From Bugula neritina (Eukaryota; Animalia; Bryozoa), in contig OZ037770.1 of assembly GCA_964035545.1 (NCBI GenBank), positions 3,070,662 through 3,134,661 of the forward strand: DNA of 64,000 nucleotides, read 5' to 3'. Shown one piece after another: positions 39,237-53,500 of the stretch. Each line of letters opens with the position of its first letter. The stretch's first letter is position 1. Under the pieces are notes generated by a model that did not search any database, was not told where the DNA came from, and saw nothing but the letters and a program-made list of their open reading frames with translations. The position numbers and the translations under genes were made by a program.

Positions 39237-40137
39237 GCAAGTTTTAATTTCAAGTAGTGAGCTGAAGGTTTACTGTTTTTGCATATCTATGCATCTCATA
39301 TATTTGCTGCAATTGCTCTATTGCTATCTGCCAGGCTAATTCTATTTCTCAATATATTATCATAATATTATGTTCTTATTGTCAAAATTAAACAATCTTC
39401 ATCAATTTATTATTTTAAATAAATTACAGTATTGTAATATTTTACTTACAGTATCTAAAGTTTTAGTGCAAGAGAAAGCTAAATGCTGTACAGTTTTTGA
39501 AATTATAAAAATTAACTTAAATCAGACGAGCAAAGTTACTGAGGTGAGTAAAGTTGGTGAGGAAGTACATTAATCGATATTTCCTGATGTTTGCCAAACT
39601 GTTAACCAATCAAATGTAAGCTGCATGTAGTAATTCAGATTAGTATAAGACTATATAAATACAAGTTACTTATTACTATACAAGATGTGATATCCTTATT
39701 ATAGGTGGGTGATCTCTATGAAGCAACATACTAACACTGCAGGACATAAGAAAGGTAAGGAGCTAACTCCTGCTTTATGACTCACTGGTTTGAGTAATTA
39801 AAATATTTATCAGTAATATATATTATAGCATATATTATATTGGTAGTCTTTTTTAAACTCAACTCGGTTAGACAGCCTTCCCACTCCTCGATCAGCGATT
39901 ACAAAATATTCATTTTAATTTATTATAGCGATGAAATAAAACATAGTAATATACATATATTATGTGCGTACACACCAGCTAATGAAAGCAGGCAGGTATA
40001 GGTACTGTAAATATGTATATTTCTATATAAGTACATGTTAAAGTATAATATTTGCAAGCAAACAATTGTCATGTGTTTTATTATTATAATTTTTATTCTG
40101 TTTTAGTTTTTTAACATATTATTATGTTCATGGTATT

Positions 40138-40339
40138 AGGGAGCAGTCGTGGTCTAGGGGTTAAATCGTTTGCTTTGTGAACGTGGGTTCAAACCTGACA
40201 AAGGCCATTGGTGATGTTAAGAAGAGCATCCAGTCATAATTGCTTCTGTGCCTCATTTGAACAAGTCCTTAGCCCGTTTTAACAAAAACCCTTTCCATCA
40301 GAGGTTTCTCACAGAGATAGCGACTATAAACTTGCATGA
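40138..40339 (+). mobile_element. tRNA-derived SINE, family A (in intron 1 of peptide gene B)
   Basis: GTGGTCTAGGGG A-box, GGTTCAAACC B-box, shared body and tail. Confidence 0.75.
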
Positions 40340-40421
40340 ATTTTTTTATGTTCATAATATTTAAAAAAAGATTTCAACATGTCGTCTAACATACCTAATG
40401 CTTGTAGACTACAGATTCAAT

Positions 40422-40976
40422 ATGAAGGTTCTTGCTTTGTTACTAGCCGCCATTATTCTCACCAGTTCAATAGGTAAGTTTATTACTACTCTGTAACTAT
40501 TAACAATGGAGGATATACTTTTACGTCAACATATTTTACAAACTCTGACTACAATGGAATCGATAAAATTGCACAAATTCAAATTTTAAAATCTAACTGT
40601 TTATTTAGCAATTAATTGTTTTGAAAGATTAGTTTATTAGTAAAAAATAATTGCCTCACTGGGAATCAAACTCGAGTCCTCTGGCTTGCAAGCAAGTGTG
40701 TTATCATTACACCACTGGAGCCACTGGGTAAACTCAACACTACAACTAGAGCTTTCCTTGTAATATGTTGTTGATAGAAGAGAAAAATTATCTGTTTGAA
40801 CAAGAAATTTTATACTACTCAGTAATATTTCAACAGGTTCAGTGGAAGCAGCTAAAGTTTTATATACAGCAAAATCGGTGGTGTGTGAAACTTTCTGTAA
40901 AACGAGAGGCTATCGCTTCTGGATCAGAATCAGGGGACTTTGTGCCTGCAAGAAGAGAGTTGAAGATTCGTATTGA
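40422..40976 (+). CDS. Secreted cationic 4-Cys defensin-like peptide B (63 aa)
   Basis: Exons 40422-40473 + 40837-40976: [69 protein letters not shown] at ~41107. Confidence 0.85.
40652..40740 (-). mobile_element. tRNA-like SINE head, family B
   Basis: Minus strand GAGTTTACCCAGTGG...GTGGTGTAATG...CAAGCCAGA...GTTTGATTCCCAGTG; similar to 48091-48170 (-) and ~61781-61852 (-). Confidence 0.55.
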
Positions 40977-41374
40977 CAAGGGAACTGCCTTTGTGATCTT
41001 CACCTGATTTTTTGCATAAAATGAAAAATATTGTCAATTGACTTGCAGTTGATTTGTTCAGATTAGATCATCTGTGTAATGCTTATGTTCTATTTATTTT
41101 CTTGACAATAAAACAACTGATGCACACTAACTTCCAGTTTGCTATTTTACATGATAAACACAGTACATCACATGTATATGATGTACTGCGTTTATTTTTA
41201 TAATATTCTTTCTAAACTTGGACAGAATCCACTGTTCTAATGAATATGTCCATTTTCTTTCTTACTGTCACTTTTCTGACGACACTTTCTACAGTCTCCA
41301 TGCAAGCTATTTAGCCTACATGACCGAGGTTCAATCTCTAATAACATGGCTGTTATATTTCCCTAAAACTGTTA

Positions 41375-41718
41375 GCCTAGAGCCACACTGTGCGTATTTT
41401 CGCATGCAAAAATTGAAACCACGAGTAGCAAAGGTGGCCACTGTGTGCGTTGAGAAAACATTCGCACTTGTCGCTCAGCATTCTCAATGCAAGTGCGAAT
41501 CGTCTCTGTCCTCGTCACCTAATTGGCTGGTAGTTATTTAGCAAGCCCAATTCTTTTATTTTAGTGCTATATTTCAGTAAATTGCGTTTTATTAAAAGCG
41601 CGTGAGATCTAAAAATGAAAGCTTTATTTATCCCGCATCACTGATGCTACAGTGGACACCTATGCTACCTGTGGTTTCAACTTTCGCATGCGAAAATGTG
41701 CACAGTGTGGCCCTAGGC
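41375..41718. mobile_element. Tourist/PIF-Harbinger-type MITE
   Basis: ~45-bp TIRs GCCTAGAGCCACACTGTGC... / ...GCACAGTGTGGCCCTAGGC, flanked by TTA on both sides. Confidence 0.8.
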
Positions 41719-43011
41719 TTAGTCTATTTCAAAAACTACATTTTGATCTAAATAAACAGCTGTCATCATATTCAGCTTTCATTCTTTAACGTCCTCTTGC
41801 AGTTTAACTCCTTCAACTGACAAAAACGTTAATCCATGGCTCTTGAGGTTCAACATCTGAGCAAGCTTTGAATACAAGCCTGTGTAAACATTGCATAACC
41901 GACTTAAGTACACATTTTATTTGCCTCAGGATCAATTAAAAACTTCATTCTAATTATATATTGAATCAACAACAATTCCCAAAAATGACTCGATTTCCAA
42001 AACAGTAATTCTAGTATTCAAATGAAACAACATTTGCAGGTACTTATCTATGTACATAAAGTAACTATTGAAAAATACCAACTCTTCTTATACATGTTTC
42101 AAAATGTATTCTAGATAAAATTGCTTTTAATTCTATACTTCCAGCAATTGTGACCAACTAACTATAAATACATTTGGCTACATCATGTATTTTGTGGAAG
42201 CAGATTCCTTTGTTAGTTATTGTTAATGTTCTTCTGAACACCAGATATGTGATTAACAAAACATATTGCATTGTGAGAATAGAAATTCACCCTCAGTTAT
42301 CTACAATATAATAGAATAAATATTACCCTATTTTATGACCTGGCAAAGCGTTCATCACTCTCTAATAACTACATACAGCAATATAATATGTTCATGTATT
42401 TGCTGGGCTAATGTTCCACCATCATGATCATTTAGCTATAATAAACTTATAGTTAATGCTTATGCATCCTATTTATTAACTCTTTGCATGTTAGTTGTAT
42501 CTGTCATTCTAATTATTTTTCTCAGCATCAACACAGTCTATGTCAAACTTGAGTGAATTGCTTTCATTTTTAAGTTGAATCATCATTTAGTTTGACAGTT
42601 AAAGTATCAGAAAAAAAGTTATAAAATAAGCACTATTATATGCATTGCAGTTCTAGTAGCAATTCACTTGAACATTATCGGAAGTCCACGAGCTTATTGC
42701 AGTAAATCAAAGTATACTTAATCATCATCTTCAACTGAAAACTGCATCTCATAATCAAAGCGAGTGTTTTATATACCCCAGAATGTGTGTGTATCATCAC
42801 TACGTAACAGCGTACAAAACACAGTAGAACAAAAGTCAGGTAAGAAACTAAATCTCTGCTTTACCCCAGAACCGAAATTCATAGTTTGATTTATTAGAGA
42901 CTAACTTTCATCTTCATAGATTCAGATAGACAATATTGTTCAATTTACTTTTGTTGGATTGACTTGCACTAGTGAATAAAAATCTTTTGTTTTGAAAAAG
43001 GATGAAACTAA

Positions 43012-43349
<338 letters not shown>

Positions 43350-43418
43350 GTACACATACAGTTAAATATACACATACACAGCTTGTTATACTTCATGCTT
43401 GTAGATTACAGACTCAAT

Positions 43419-43838
43419 ATGAAGGTTCTTGCTTTGTTACTAACCGCCATTATTCTCACCAGTTCAATAGGTGAGTTTATTACTACTCTGTAACTACTAA
43501 CAATGGAGGATATACTTTTATATCAACATATTTTACAAACTCCATGTTAATATCTGCCTATAATGAAATCTATGACAACAAGTAGGCTAAATGCTAATTA
43601 TTTGGACGAATCAACAATATTACTATAAGATTAATCTTACAATATTCATATATTTGCTAGACACTATAACTGTGATATTGTTGAATATTCAGTATATATA
43701 GTTTCTATAATAGGTTCAGTAACTACTCTGTGGACCTCAAAACCTTCTGTGTGCAAGAAGCATTGTGTGAAGAGAGAACTTTACTCCTATAATCTAGCTT
43801 TTGGGTATTGCTTCTGCTCAAAGGGCCGAGCACCATGA
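43419..43838 (+). CDS. Secreted cationic 4-Cys defensin-like peptide C (58 aa)
   Basis: Exons 43419-43470 + 43714-43838: [58 protein letters not shown]. Non-coding exon 1 donor CAG|GTAAGA at 42839. Confidence 0.85.
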
Positions 43839-44100
43839 TTGTTTCACCAAGGGACCTGCTTATACTTAAAGTTGTGTTTTAAAATGCACCAGTTTTTTAA
43901 TTATGGTTTTCTCTGCAGATTATGCATTGATTCAAATATTTATTCATATTTCATTCATTACTTAGAGAGCAAAAAGAACTTATGTTACGTTAGAAGTCTT
44001 TGTTTCACATGAGATTATATAGTTACACGCACACACATAATACAAGTGTTTGTACTCCTAGAATTACATGTACACAAACATATGTTGCATGTGCAGGTAC

Positions 44101-44161
<61 letters not shown>

Positions 44162-44169
44162 ATATATAT

Positions 44170-44201
<32 letters not shown>

Positions 44202-45435
44202 TTATAATGAAGTTTCTGTATATTTTATATAACTTTATTTATCAAAAAAGATGGTCAACATTGAGACAAACTATAACTATATCTGAATTACTAGATCTTC
44301 TTACTAAAATACACACAGTAATTTGACCAAAAAGTGTTCCAGATATTTTATTCTTGAACTTTTGTTAATTAAGTATATCTCCTTCGCCGGTTTTACTATA
44401 ACTTTCTATCATTTATTTAATCCACACCTATTGCACTTGACGATGTGTCTTCCCAATCTAAAGGTATTCCCAGGAGTGTTCGGTAGACCACATCTGCACT
44501 TCATTGTTGCACCATGGGCTGTTGTTACCCTGAAGCTCTGCAAAATCATGAATCAAAACAAACACAGCATTGCAACGTCTTCTTAATGCATATATAAAAC
44601 GTTTATGCTGGGTCTATAATAAAACATCTATAATAGCTCATCTCTGCAGCGTCTACATACAGTATCTATACACAGCGTCTATAGAGTGTCTATATATATA
44701 AAACGTCTATGAAGTGTCTATAAAGAGGTAAAGTTCTGTAAGAAAAACATTTTACAAAACTCTAGAAATGCAAACTCTGAACTATGCCAAAAGTTGTGTT
44801 ACGTACCGGGTTGGTTGGCGGAGCAGGAATTCGGAAAGGTTGTGAGACTGGAGACGGGCGCCGACAAAGGTTTATTGGAACCGGGCGAGCTGGCAACGGC
44901 TGAATTGAGTTCCGAGAGACAATTGGTGAAAGGTTTGGGGACACTGGAGCAGCGTCCAGGGGTTGAATAGGTGTGCTACTACGCCACTGTATAACATACA
45001 TCACGTGTTGGAAGAGGTAACATAAGTGGCTTCATTTTAGTACAAGCAACTGCTAAAATCACAGTATGTTTTTTATCTATGAGAATTGGCAAGATTTTAT
45101 TTTAAAATATTTAGTATTTTTGTTGTTGCTGTTCACAGTAGCATTGTTGTAAGGCTAGGAGCATGTACCAGTTCCAAATTCTTCTGATGAGATGAGACTC
45201 CTGGATTCTCAGGTGGATGGGAAACACTGGAACCCTCGAGAAGTGAATTCTATATGTAAAGCAGAAAAACGTTGACAGTTTTTTATTTGAAAATGACAAC
45301 AAAAAACATAATTTTTACGGTGTAAAAGGCCATTATTCCAATGCTGTCATAATATGTACATACATATTATCACATAATATTAGCACACTATCTGATACTA
45401 TATAATTATATGCTATCATATGTTACCATATAATA

Positions 45436-45640
45436 GGGAGCAGCCGACTAGGGGTTAAAACTTTTGCCTAGTAAACATGAAGGTCATGGGTTCAGGCCCA
45501 GACAAAGGCCATTAGTGATGTTAGGAAGAGCATCCAGTCATAATTGCTCCTTCGCCTCATCTTAATAAATCTTTAGCCCGATTTAACAAAAATCCAAAAA
45601 GGGGTTTTCTCACAAGGATAGTGACTATAAACTTGCATGA
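45436..45640 (+). mobile_element. tRNA-derived SINE, family A
   Basis: Homologous to 40138-40339. Confidence 0.75.
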
Positions 45641-46436
45641 GATTTTTTCATCTACTACCATATATAATATTATATACTGTCTATACACTGCCGCATATTT
45701 GATAAGCTATTTACTTGTGCCAAAAATGCACCAATTCCCATTGCTTCAAATAAATTCCTCCGGGTGGGCTGGTATTTCTAGTAACTTAGGTTGCGGCTTC
45801 ATTCAATATAACTGTTTCCAAACATCAATGAAAGGTCTATTTGAAGCAATGCATGGGAATGCAGAGTAAAACTCACCCAATTAGAACCAGGAATGCAACT
45901 TTTTAACTGCTCTAGTCGGGCTAAAATATGATTCCACACCACTTGAAGCTCGTACTTGGATTTACATATTATGCACTGACAGATGAGCTTCCTCAGCATA
46001 CCTAAAAACTGAAGAGTTGAGATACTATGCAGTAACCGTATATTATATGCCTTAGGTTGTGGGAAAATTAGTACATTATCAGCTAACATTATATTGGAAC
46101 TTTCCGCTATGTGCGTGTATAGTTGTGTATGTGTAAATATGCATGTGCATTTGTACATGTGTGAATAATGTGTTTGTAGTTGTGTGTATAGCTGTTTGTG
46201 TAGTTGTGTGTGTAGTTGTGTATGTAGTTGTGTGTGTAGTTGTGTACGTAGTTGTGCACATAGCATATCATTAGATGCTTACCATAGTACAGTTATAAAA
46301 TTGCAATAAAATAACTGTACAATAATGTAATATTCATCCTGTAGGGTGAAGTAAGCTGCGATATCAGGAGCATGTGCATTTATAACAATTTTCATTGACC
46401 AACAGTATCACAGGAAAGTCAGCAAACAGAGGGTTG

Positions 46437-46568
46437 ATGGCATCATCTAATATTATCTAGCAATTAACTTTCAACAAAATTATATATATTTATATATATA
46501 TATTTATATATATAAATATATATAATTTTGTTGAAAGTTAATTGCTAGATAATATTAGATGATGCCAT
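46437..46568. repeat. Fold-back inverted repeat (~55-bp arms) next to (TA)n at 46577-46692
   Basis: ATGGCATCATCTAATATTATCTAGCAATTAACTTTCAACAAAATTATATAT... is followed by its reverse complement ending GATGATGCCAT. Confidence 0.9.
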
Positions 46569-46569
46569 G

Positions 46570-46699
<130 letters not shown>

Positions 46700-47123
46700 G
46701 ATTAAGCAGAGAACAGCTGTAGGTTTAGTGTGGTGTAATTTACTGTCAGTGTTATAGTAAATACCATCTAGAAATAAGGAGATTCAGTAACAATTGCTTC
46801 TTTGACACAATAAAAATAGTCCATGTGTAACTAAAACACTCTCAGGGTCTCTCACTAGAATAAAGATTATAAGCCTATATACGTGACATTTAGTTTCAAA
46901 TACTACCAGTACATATGTTCTCTTACCTGAATCACTTCACTTCTAACTTGACTATTTCGTTTGTTTTCTAGAACTTTCCTAATGCAAGGCTGCAAATCAA
47001 TATGAAAGAGTAGTGAGTCTATCCGAAGTACAGAGCTGGCAGGGATTGGCTCTTTCACAGTAAAAATCTGCACTGTAAAGAAAAGTTAGTCATTCAATTT
47101 TTACTCGGAGCTAAACTCAATAA

Positions 47124-47411
47124 GATTTCAAGTAATGATGGTACAGGCAATAATGGTACAAATAGAAGAGAAGGTAAAAATGGCACACTAACTGATATTA
47201 AATTTTTGAAAACTCTAATTTCCAGCCCTTAAACCCTAACGCTGAATTCAAACCTCCAACCCCAAATTCTAATCCCCATTCTAAACCCTCAACCCCACTC
47301 CATGCAGCAAACCCAAATATATAACAGTGTTATTTGTACCTACTTTGCCATTTGTGCCATTTGTGCCATTTTTACCTGTGCCCTTTTTACCTGTGCCATT
47401 TTTACCAATTC
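47124..47411. mobile_element. Unclassified MITE-like repeat (GGCACA family)
   Basis: Same structure as 34914-35228. Confidence 0.6.
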
Positions 47412-47639
47412 ACCACTTAATAATCAGACTTCAGTATGACATCTCTTACTTACTCTGCCATTCAAGGATTTCCATAAAGGTGATCAGTCTAGCTGGTATA
47501 TTGTAGAGTTGTCCAAATATTCTCTCAACATCAGTTATTGTGCATTTGCAGCTGTTTTCCTTTGTAGTTTTTATGACACTAAAATCAATTGACAAGGAGA
47601 AGCCAGATCTAGAGGTTTTATGAACAGAGATTTTACAAA

Positions 47640-47838
47640 CCCACCCAGGTTCCCTGTGAGAAACACCTGGTAAAAAGGTGTTTTTCTATTGTTAAAGGGC
47701 TAATTAAGATGAAGCGCAGGGGCAATTATGACTAAATGCTCTTCCTAACATCACCAATGGCCTTTACCATGGGGCTTGATCCCACGATTTTGTGTTTACT
47801 AGACAAACGCTCTTACTCCTAGACCGCGGCTTCCCTCT
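47640..47838 (-). mobile_element. tRNA-derived SINE, family A (reverse orientation)
   Basis: Reverse complement reads AGGGAAGCCGCGGTCTAGG...GGATCAAGCC...AAGGCCATTGGTGATGTTAGGAAGAGCAT. Confidence 0.75.
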
Positions 47839-50288
47839 ATAAACAGAGATTTTATATTAACCCTATATATTATGTTGGTATATTATTGCTGTAAATCTTA
47901 AATATTGGAGTGTTTTATAATTTGCAAATAATTGAAAAATACGTCTATACCAACACTGCTATATTAGTATAATAGCTTCACAATTAAAAATATATCTGTA
48001 ATAAAATCTTTAATAATAACAAGCAATATTAGACCTTAAAAACCAAAAAGGATTATGCTATAAATACTGTATTGAGTGTAAAATAAATACCACCACTGGG
48101 ATTTGAACCCAAGACCATCTGGCTTACAAGCGTGCAAGTGTGTTAACCATTACACCACTGGGTAAACTCATCATGCACTAGATTAAGGAGTAAGTCATAC
48201 CTTTCCTGAACAAAGGCTTGCAGAAACTCAAGAGTGGTTGGAGAGAAATCGCAGTCTGATGAAGCCATTTTCAAAGGCCTGGAATACCAGATGGAATTGA
48301 CCAAAGCTAGAAAAACACATTTTCTCGTAAAAAAGTGCAATATTTAAGTAAATCATGTTGAAAAGAAGTTTTAGCGACTGCATATCTTGTGTTGCTGGTA
48401 AATATTGAGAAGGAATTATGCCTAGTTATGTTGATGACTAATTTAATTTGCTAGAATATATCTGCTAGTTGCTACTAGATATAACAATATACTATTAAAT
48501 ATTTTTAAATCAATAAAATCAATATTAGTCACATACCTTGAGTTAAGGTGAGCTGGGTTGGAAGATTTGTGATGTTGTAAAAGCTGCAGGAAAGAATACA
48601 ATTTTTTATGCCGTATGATTAAATAATAAACAAAGCTTACGAGCTTTTCTTTAGCTTTAAACAGCTGCATGTTTTACTAGATCTTAATAACGGAGAAAGA
48701 ACATTCAGCACAAGTAAATAATAACCACAGAACTATTTTAAGCTCAGACAATGCGATATTATTTAGAGCATCGTGCTGAAATAGCTCTTATGATTCCAAA
48801 AGAAAAATAGATTTTTAATTTGAAATCCAAAATCTTTGCTAACCACTACCATAACAAAAGAGAAGAGAATGTGAAATTACTTGAATATTTATTAGAACAT
48901 GGGACTGATACTAATTAAATATGTACATGTATTCTTCCAAAATAAAAATCTTTTCATGCAATATAAAACATTATTATGAATGTTATTAATATAGGTAAAA
49001 TGAAGAAGTTACAAAGGTCACCTGAGCTCATAAAGTAACATTTCTCAATTACCATACAATGCAGAAGTTTTCTATAAGATATTATATTAATAGGACGATT
49101 GGTTGTGTGATAATTGATATTCATGAAAAAATGAACTTTCTTTTTGATGAGATGGGTAGACAAAGACTTCCTGTTTATTACAGACACACAGGGTTACGTT
49201 TCATCTGACAGCTACAAGTATTAGATTCTAGATTGTTCTGAGCAAACCTTTCAGCTTACTTTTCTCTTTTTTCCCCCCTTTGTCCTGCTCGGGGCATAAT
49301 TCTGTTACAAACTGCCTGAACAGGATACGCAATAACTTCATATCCTGTCTTATTATACGGAGGCTGAGTATTGATACACTACAACTATTGCCCCTTTCCC
49401 ATTTTCAGTGGCCCGTTCAATATTTTAGATGTAAGTAAAATCTGTTATATGCATTCTGATTAGCACAGTATGGGTTTGGTGACAAATTGCTTTATTATAA
49501 TAAAATTTATTATTTAGGTGTGAGTGTGACAACAACCATGTGGCCTTTGTTTTGGCTGACTTCTGGCCCTGATGCAAAGACGTTGCCCACCCCTGCACTG
49601 TAACATATGATGCTCAGTCACTTAGAGACTATTTTATTAGACAGACTGTGATGTAATGAATTCATAATCAGCATAACGCTATAATTCAAACAGTTCTTAG
49701 GTAAAAGTAATAAATGGAATGCTGCAGTTTTTCATTAAACTATTTAGTTTGCATTATCCTAGCTTCTGCTATATTCTATTTTATCAACTGCATGACTCAT
49801 TATCGGGGAAAAAACTCTGAAAAATAATTCTGTTTCTACAAAAATGTTTATGAACACTGTTGCAGCCTAGCAGGTGTAGATTTGATGGGCAAACCTGGTC
49901 TCGATTGTAAACACAGCATGAATCTCGAGGTTAGATAAAACCATCAAGTAAATTAGTGGAAAGGCAGAAAATGCCAATTAAGTACAGTTTATTATTTATA
50001 AATCTATAAAAACAAGCTAAAAAGTATGATGCAATACTAAGTTTGGTAGAAAGACATAATGGAGTTGTAAATATAGATTAAAAAAAATATATAATGTTGC
50101 CATGACCTAAAATGTATCTTAAATAGCGAACTAAAAAGACAGTGCATTTAATGCTCAAACAAAATAAAATACAATCTAAAAATAAACAGTAAGATTTATA
50201 TATCACATGGCCGGCAGAGATGTTTAACTCGTTCAATCCAGTACACTATTTCTGTAACGCTATTAGCACCAACAGAATAACCTTCAAT

Positions 50289-50362
50289 ATTGTACACCCC
50301 TGCGCTATTGTACACCCCTGTGCTATTGTACACCCCTGCGCTATTGTACACCCCTGCGCTAT
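50289..50362. repeat. ~3.5 x 21-bp tandem repeat (ATTGTACACCCCTGCGCT core)
   Basis: Direct reading. Confidence 0.85.
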
Positions 50363-50504
50363 GTGTATCAGAGTCAAGTGTTAAATATAATATAGAGATG
50401 GAAACTCAATCAGTGCAGTAAAAACACAGGAAAGAATTTTACATGCTTTACTAGTTAATGATGTTACAGCAAGTACCACCTTGTTGCATAGCAACAGGCT
50501 ATAA

Positions 50505-53500
50505 TTATTTGAGTGGGGTTTCCTCATTTCCTGTTTCGGGTTTTTCCAACGAAGCTACTGTGAGATAATAGGGAATTCCAGCAATGAACTTCACCTTGTT
50601 CACCGACTCATTATCACCCTACAAGCAATACCAGACACCTAAGAAGACATGTTTTGGTGACTAAATAGCCCAGACAACTACAGACCATGGAGTATATATC
50701 ATATTTTATAATGTGGCCAGAAATTTTAAAAGAAAAACTAAAACTTAGAAGAAAAACTGGGGATATAAAATGAACCACGAACCAGGTTTAGCACATCAGG
50801 AAGTTGACTTAGCCCATATTCTAGATAATCTTTATCCTTTTGTAGGGCGGTACAGATAATGTCCCGTAAGGAGTCGAGGGTTATTTTTCCTTTTGATGTT
50901 CTGTCAACTTGCTGGAACAGCTCCTATATAGTACAATGTTAAATAAGTAAATTAAATGTATGCGTTGATGTGTGTAAATCTAAACTACACTTAATCTAGA
51001 TGAAAATATAACAAAATATAAAAATATACATATATAAATTATTTAAAATATCTTTTATCATCGATTAGCCAATCAACAGGCAAGTTCAATTTTCATCAGC
51101 CAATAAACTCACGGTATACTGAATAACGGAAGTGGTAAGATTAGGAAAATCCAACTTCTCGAACCCCTGCAGCATCAACTGATGATCTAATTTAGACACC
51201 TCTTCACACAAGCACTTTATTGTCACAAATTCCTTCACGCCAAAATAGGTGCTGGCACTCGTGATATCGTATATCTACAGCAAGAAATACACTTGTGATA
51301 TCGTATATCTGCAGCAAGAAATACGTTGAAATGCGTTGAATGACATGTGACAGGTCTGCTAATAGTGACATGTGACAGGTTTGCTAATAGTGACATGTGA
51401 CAGGTTTGCTAATAATGACATGTGACAGGTCTGCTAGTAATGACATGTGACAGGTCTGCTAATAATGACATATGACAGGTCTGCTAATAATGACAAGTGA
51501 CAGGTCTGCTGATAATGACATGTGACAGGTCTGCTAATAATGGCATGTGACAGGTTTGCTAATAATGACATGTGACAGGTCTGCTAATAGTGACATGTGA
51601 CAGGTCTGCTAATAATGACATGTGACAGGTCTGCTGATAATGACATGTGACAGGTCTGCTAATAATGGCATGTGACGGGTTTGCTAATAATGACATGTGA
51701 CAGGTCTGCTAATAGTGACATGTGACAGGTCTGCTAATAATGACATGTGATCATTCTTTAATAAGTAACAACTTCAAGAGTAAAACTGGTGTGTTTCTAA
51801 CCAAGTAAAATATCTATTTCACTAAAAGCTATTCTTAAAAAATGAAAACAATAAAGTTGCAACTGACAAAGTGTGACTGAAAAGTATAAATTCTATCTAG
51901 TCTTGTCGAATAAACCGAACTTAATGACATAAAGTTATTACCAATTGGCCACCCAGTCAGGACACCAACCGTCTACACAAGAAAAAGGAAATTTTTTCCA
52001 AAATGTGCATGCCTAGTTTAAATAAAGGTGATATAATAGAGTGGAAATGTGAAGAAAACTCTTAATATCATCACTTGAGCATGCCATTGCTTACACATTC
52101 TTTCAACTGGCTAAAACAAGTTACGACAATTTTTCGACTGGTTGCAAAATAATGCATTTAAGTAAAAGGTTTATATTACAAAAAATCAATTTTTCTTTCT
52201 AACTGAAAATGCATGATAAAAGTTGATTAACGAAAAAGGTGATAATTTTAAGGATCAAGTTGTACACAAACATGAACGGCAAGCTGTGAGTGACACAGGG
52301 AGCTGAAGCTAAGTAGCTGCAAGTATTTTGTAAAGAGATAGCCTGAGCTCTACACTACACACCTGTTTGAGATACTTCTTCTGGTTAGGCTGCAGCGACT
52401 GTGGGAACTGAGGCTCGACTTGTTGATACATCAGATGACCGTCGTCGTCGGTGTCCAGCTTCTGAAACATGGCTTTCATCTCCTCTTCCTTGATATGGTA
52501 CAAGGTGAGATCTGCGGCCTGCGATAGGAGAGAAAGTGATATCTGCAGCTTATAGTGTACACTATACACAGTACAGTATACACTATACACAGCAGAGTAT
52601 ACACTATACACAGTGCAGTATACACTATACACAGTACAGTATACACTATACACAGTACAGTATACACTATAGACAGTAGAGTATACACTATACACAGTAT
52701 ACACTATACACAGTAGAGTATACACTATACCCAGTAGAGTATACACTATACACAGTAGAGTATACACTATACCCAGTAGAGTATACACTATACACAGTAG
52801 AGTATACACTATACACAGTAGAGTATACACTATACACAGTAGAGTATACACTATACACAGTAGAGTATACACTATACACAGTAGAGTATACACTATACAC
52901 AGTAGAGTATACACTATACACAGTAGAGTATACACTATACCCAGTAGAGTATACACTATACACAGTAGAGTATACACTATACACAGTAGAGTATAAACTA
53001 TACACAGTACAGTATACACTATACACAGTGCAGTATACACTATACACAGTGCAGTATACACTATACACAGTACAGTATACACTATACACAGTAGAGTATA
53101 CACTATACACAGTGCAGTATACACTATACACAGTAGAGTATACACTATACCCAGTAGAGTATACACTATACACAGTAGAGTATACACTATACACAGTAGA
53201 GTATACACTATACACAGTAGAGTATACACTATACCCAGTAGAGTATACACTATACACAGTAGAGTATACACTATACACAGTAGAGTATACACTATACACA
53301 GTAGAGTATACACTATACACAGTAGACTGACTATAGAGTATAAATAAGGTAACACTGGACATGGCAGAATGTGGAGGAAAGACACATGTGGAGATGAATC
53401 CCACCAGGAATAGATTCTCCAGGTTTTAGTTTACCACACAGAGGTAACTCAACTTAGTCAAACTTCAGAGTCTATTAGGAAGGGTTGGTAGATGACCCCC

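Noticed and set aside
40765-41007. 80-aa ORF over peptide gene B exon 3
   Set aside because: Wrong frame. The phase-1 spliced frame gives the Cys pattern conserved in all three paralogues.
45732-46001. In-frame TAA codons suggesting stop-codon reassignment
   Set aside because: TAA terminates peptide gene A and the EF-hand gene normally, and the 3000-codon ORF contains none; pseudogenisation is simpler.
48091-48170. tRNA-like sequences here and at 28551, 40138, 40652, 45436, 59430 and 61781
   Set aside because: Only A/B-box similarity with no complete cloverleaf; dispersed divergent copies fit SINE heads, not tRNA genes.
50483-50495. RFX X-box-like palindrome GTTGCATAGCAAC (also GTTGCCATGGAAAG near 27023)
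   Set aside because: Imperfect matches, located in a 3' UTR or away from any defined promoter; could be chance.
51340-51750. Regular 25-bp repeats resembling a CRISPR array
   Set aside because: Head-to-tail repeats with no unique spacers, no cas genes, and located in a eukaryotic intron.
52309-53404. 358-aa and 238-aa ORFs with LLCIVYT / VYSTVYS repeats, apparently fused to an EF-hand
   Set aside because: Translation of an intronic 21-bp minisatellite. Only 52518-52363 is a real exon, with its own acceptor.
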